A stretch of DNA of 64,000 bases from assembly GCF_044704955.1 (NCBI RefSeq), contig NW_027254382.1:62001-126000 (forward strand). Reading direction: 5' to 3'. Made by a program: the position numbers and the translations under genes. Source of the stretch: Pristiophorus japonicus. Taxonomy: Eukaryota. Shown piece by piece: positions 63,378 through 64,000 of this stretch (its first letter is position 1; every line of letters starts with the position of its first letter). Below the pieces are notes generated by a model, which saw nothing but the letters and a program-made list of their open reading frames with translations, was not told where the DNA came from and did no database searches.

Positions 63378-64000
63378 TCTGGGTGCCATGGTACATCAGT
63401 CATTGATTGTTGGTATGCAGGTGCAGCAGATGGTGAAGAAGGCAAATGGCATGTTCCCCTTCATAGCTAGGGGATTTGAGTATAGGAGCAGGGGATCTTA
63501 CTGCATTTGTACAGGGCCTCCGTGAGGCCACAACTGGAATACTGTGTTCAGTTTTGGTCTCCGAATCTGAGGAAGGACGTCCTTGTTATTGAGGGAGTAC
63601 AGCGTAAGTTCACCAGCATGATTCCCGGGATGGCAGGACTGACATATGAGGAGAGACTGGATGAACTGGGCTGGTATCCACTGGAGTTTAGCAGACTGAG
63701 AGGAGATCAGAAGAAACATGAAAAATTATGACGAGATTGGACAGCTTAGAGGCTGGAAGAATCTTCTCGGTGCTGGGGAGTTCGAGACCAAGGATCACAG
63801 TCTAAGAGTAAGGGGTAAGCCATTTAGAAACCGAGATGAAGAGAAACGTCTTCACTCAGAGAGTGGATAACCTCTGAAATTTTCCACTGCAGAAAGTCGT
63901 TGAGGCCAGTTCATTAGATATATTCAAAAGGGAGTTAGGTATTGCCCTTACGGCTAAAGGGATGAAGGGGTATAGAGAGGAAGCAGGAAAGGGGTACTGA
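63378..64000 (+). mobile_element. 5'-truncated CR1 within cassette unit 2
   Basis: Same 5' junction (tatatcttgatctgggtg) as the copy at 59980. Confidence 0.93.

Larger units (their letters stand above)
61071..64000 (+). repeat. Tandem tRNA-cassette unit 2 (runs off the window end; CT-rich spacer internally duplicated)
   Basis: Collinear with 58155-61070. Confidence 0.92.

Overview
Vertebrate nuclear DNA, almost certainly from an elasmobranch (shark or ray). The assignment rests on shark-type IgM exons, a shark-type GPR139-like receptor, CR1 LINEs with (TTTCTATG)n tails and Deu-domain SINEs. Roughly half or more of the window is retroelement DNA (about 20 CR1 copies or fragments of several ages, plus RTE, L2 and DeuSINE), together with minisatellites and six N-runs. 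I found no intact host protein-coding gene. The host-derived content is dead gene copies that the ORF track largely hides. (1) A minus-strand IgM heavy-chain constant region (remnant CH1, CH2, CH3, CH4 with secretory tail, TM1, TM2; 57706->47167), with no V/D/J segments visible upstream. (2) A minus-strand P2Y/GPR4/FFAR-like class A GPCR, split immediately before its DRY motif by a 2.5-kb CR1. (3) A two-exon GPR139-like pseudogene. (4) A tandem ~3-kb cassette of degenerate tRNA-Leu(TAA), tRNA-Asp(GTC) and tRNA-Ser genes. I cannot support a genuinely new functional system. The best leads are an unclassified GC-rich module found twice directly behind CR1 3' ends (possible 3' transduction), a recurring polarised '90-bp unit + GATA tract' module, and the tRNA cassette that abuts the decapitated IgM cluster. 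All identifications are by manual translation and recalled family motifs; no database searches were run, and repeat boundaries are approximate.
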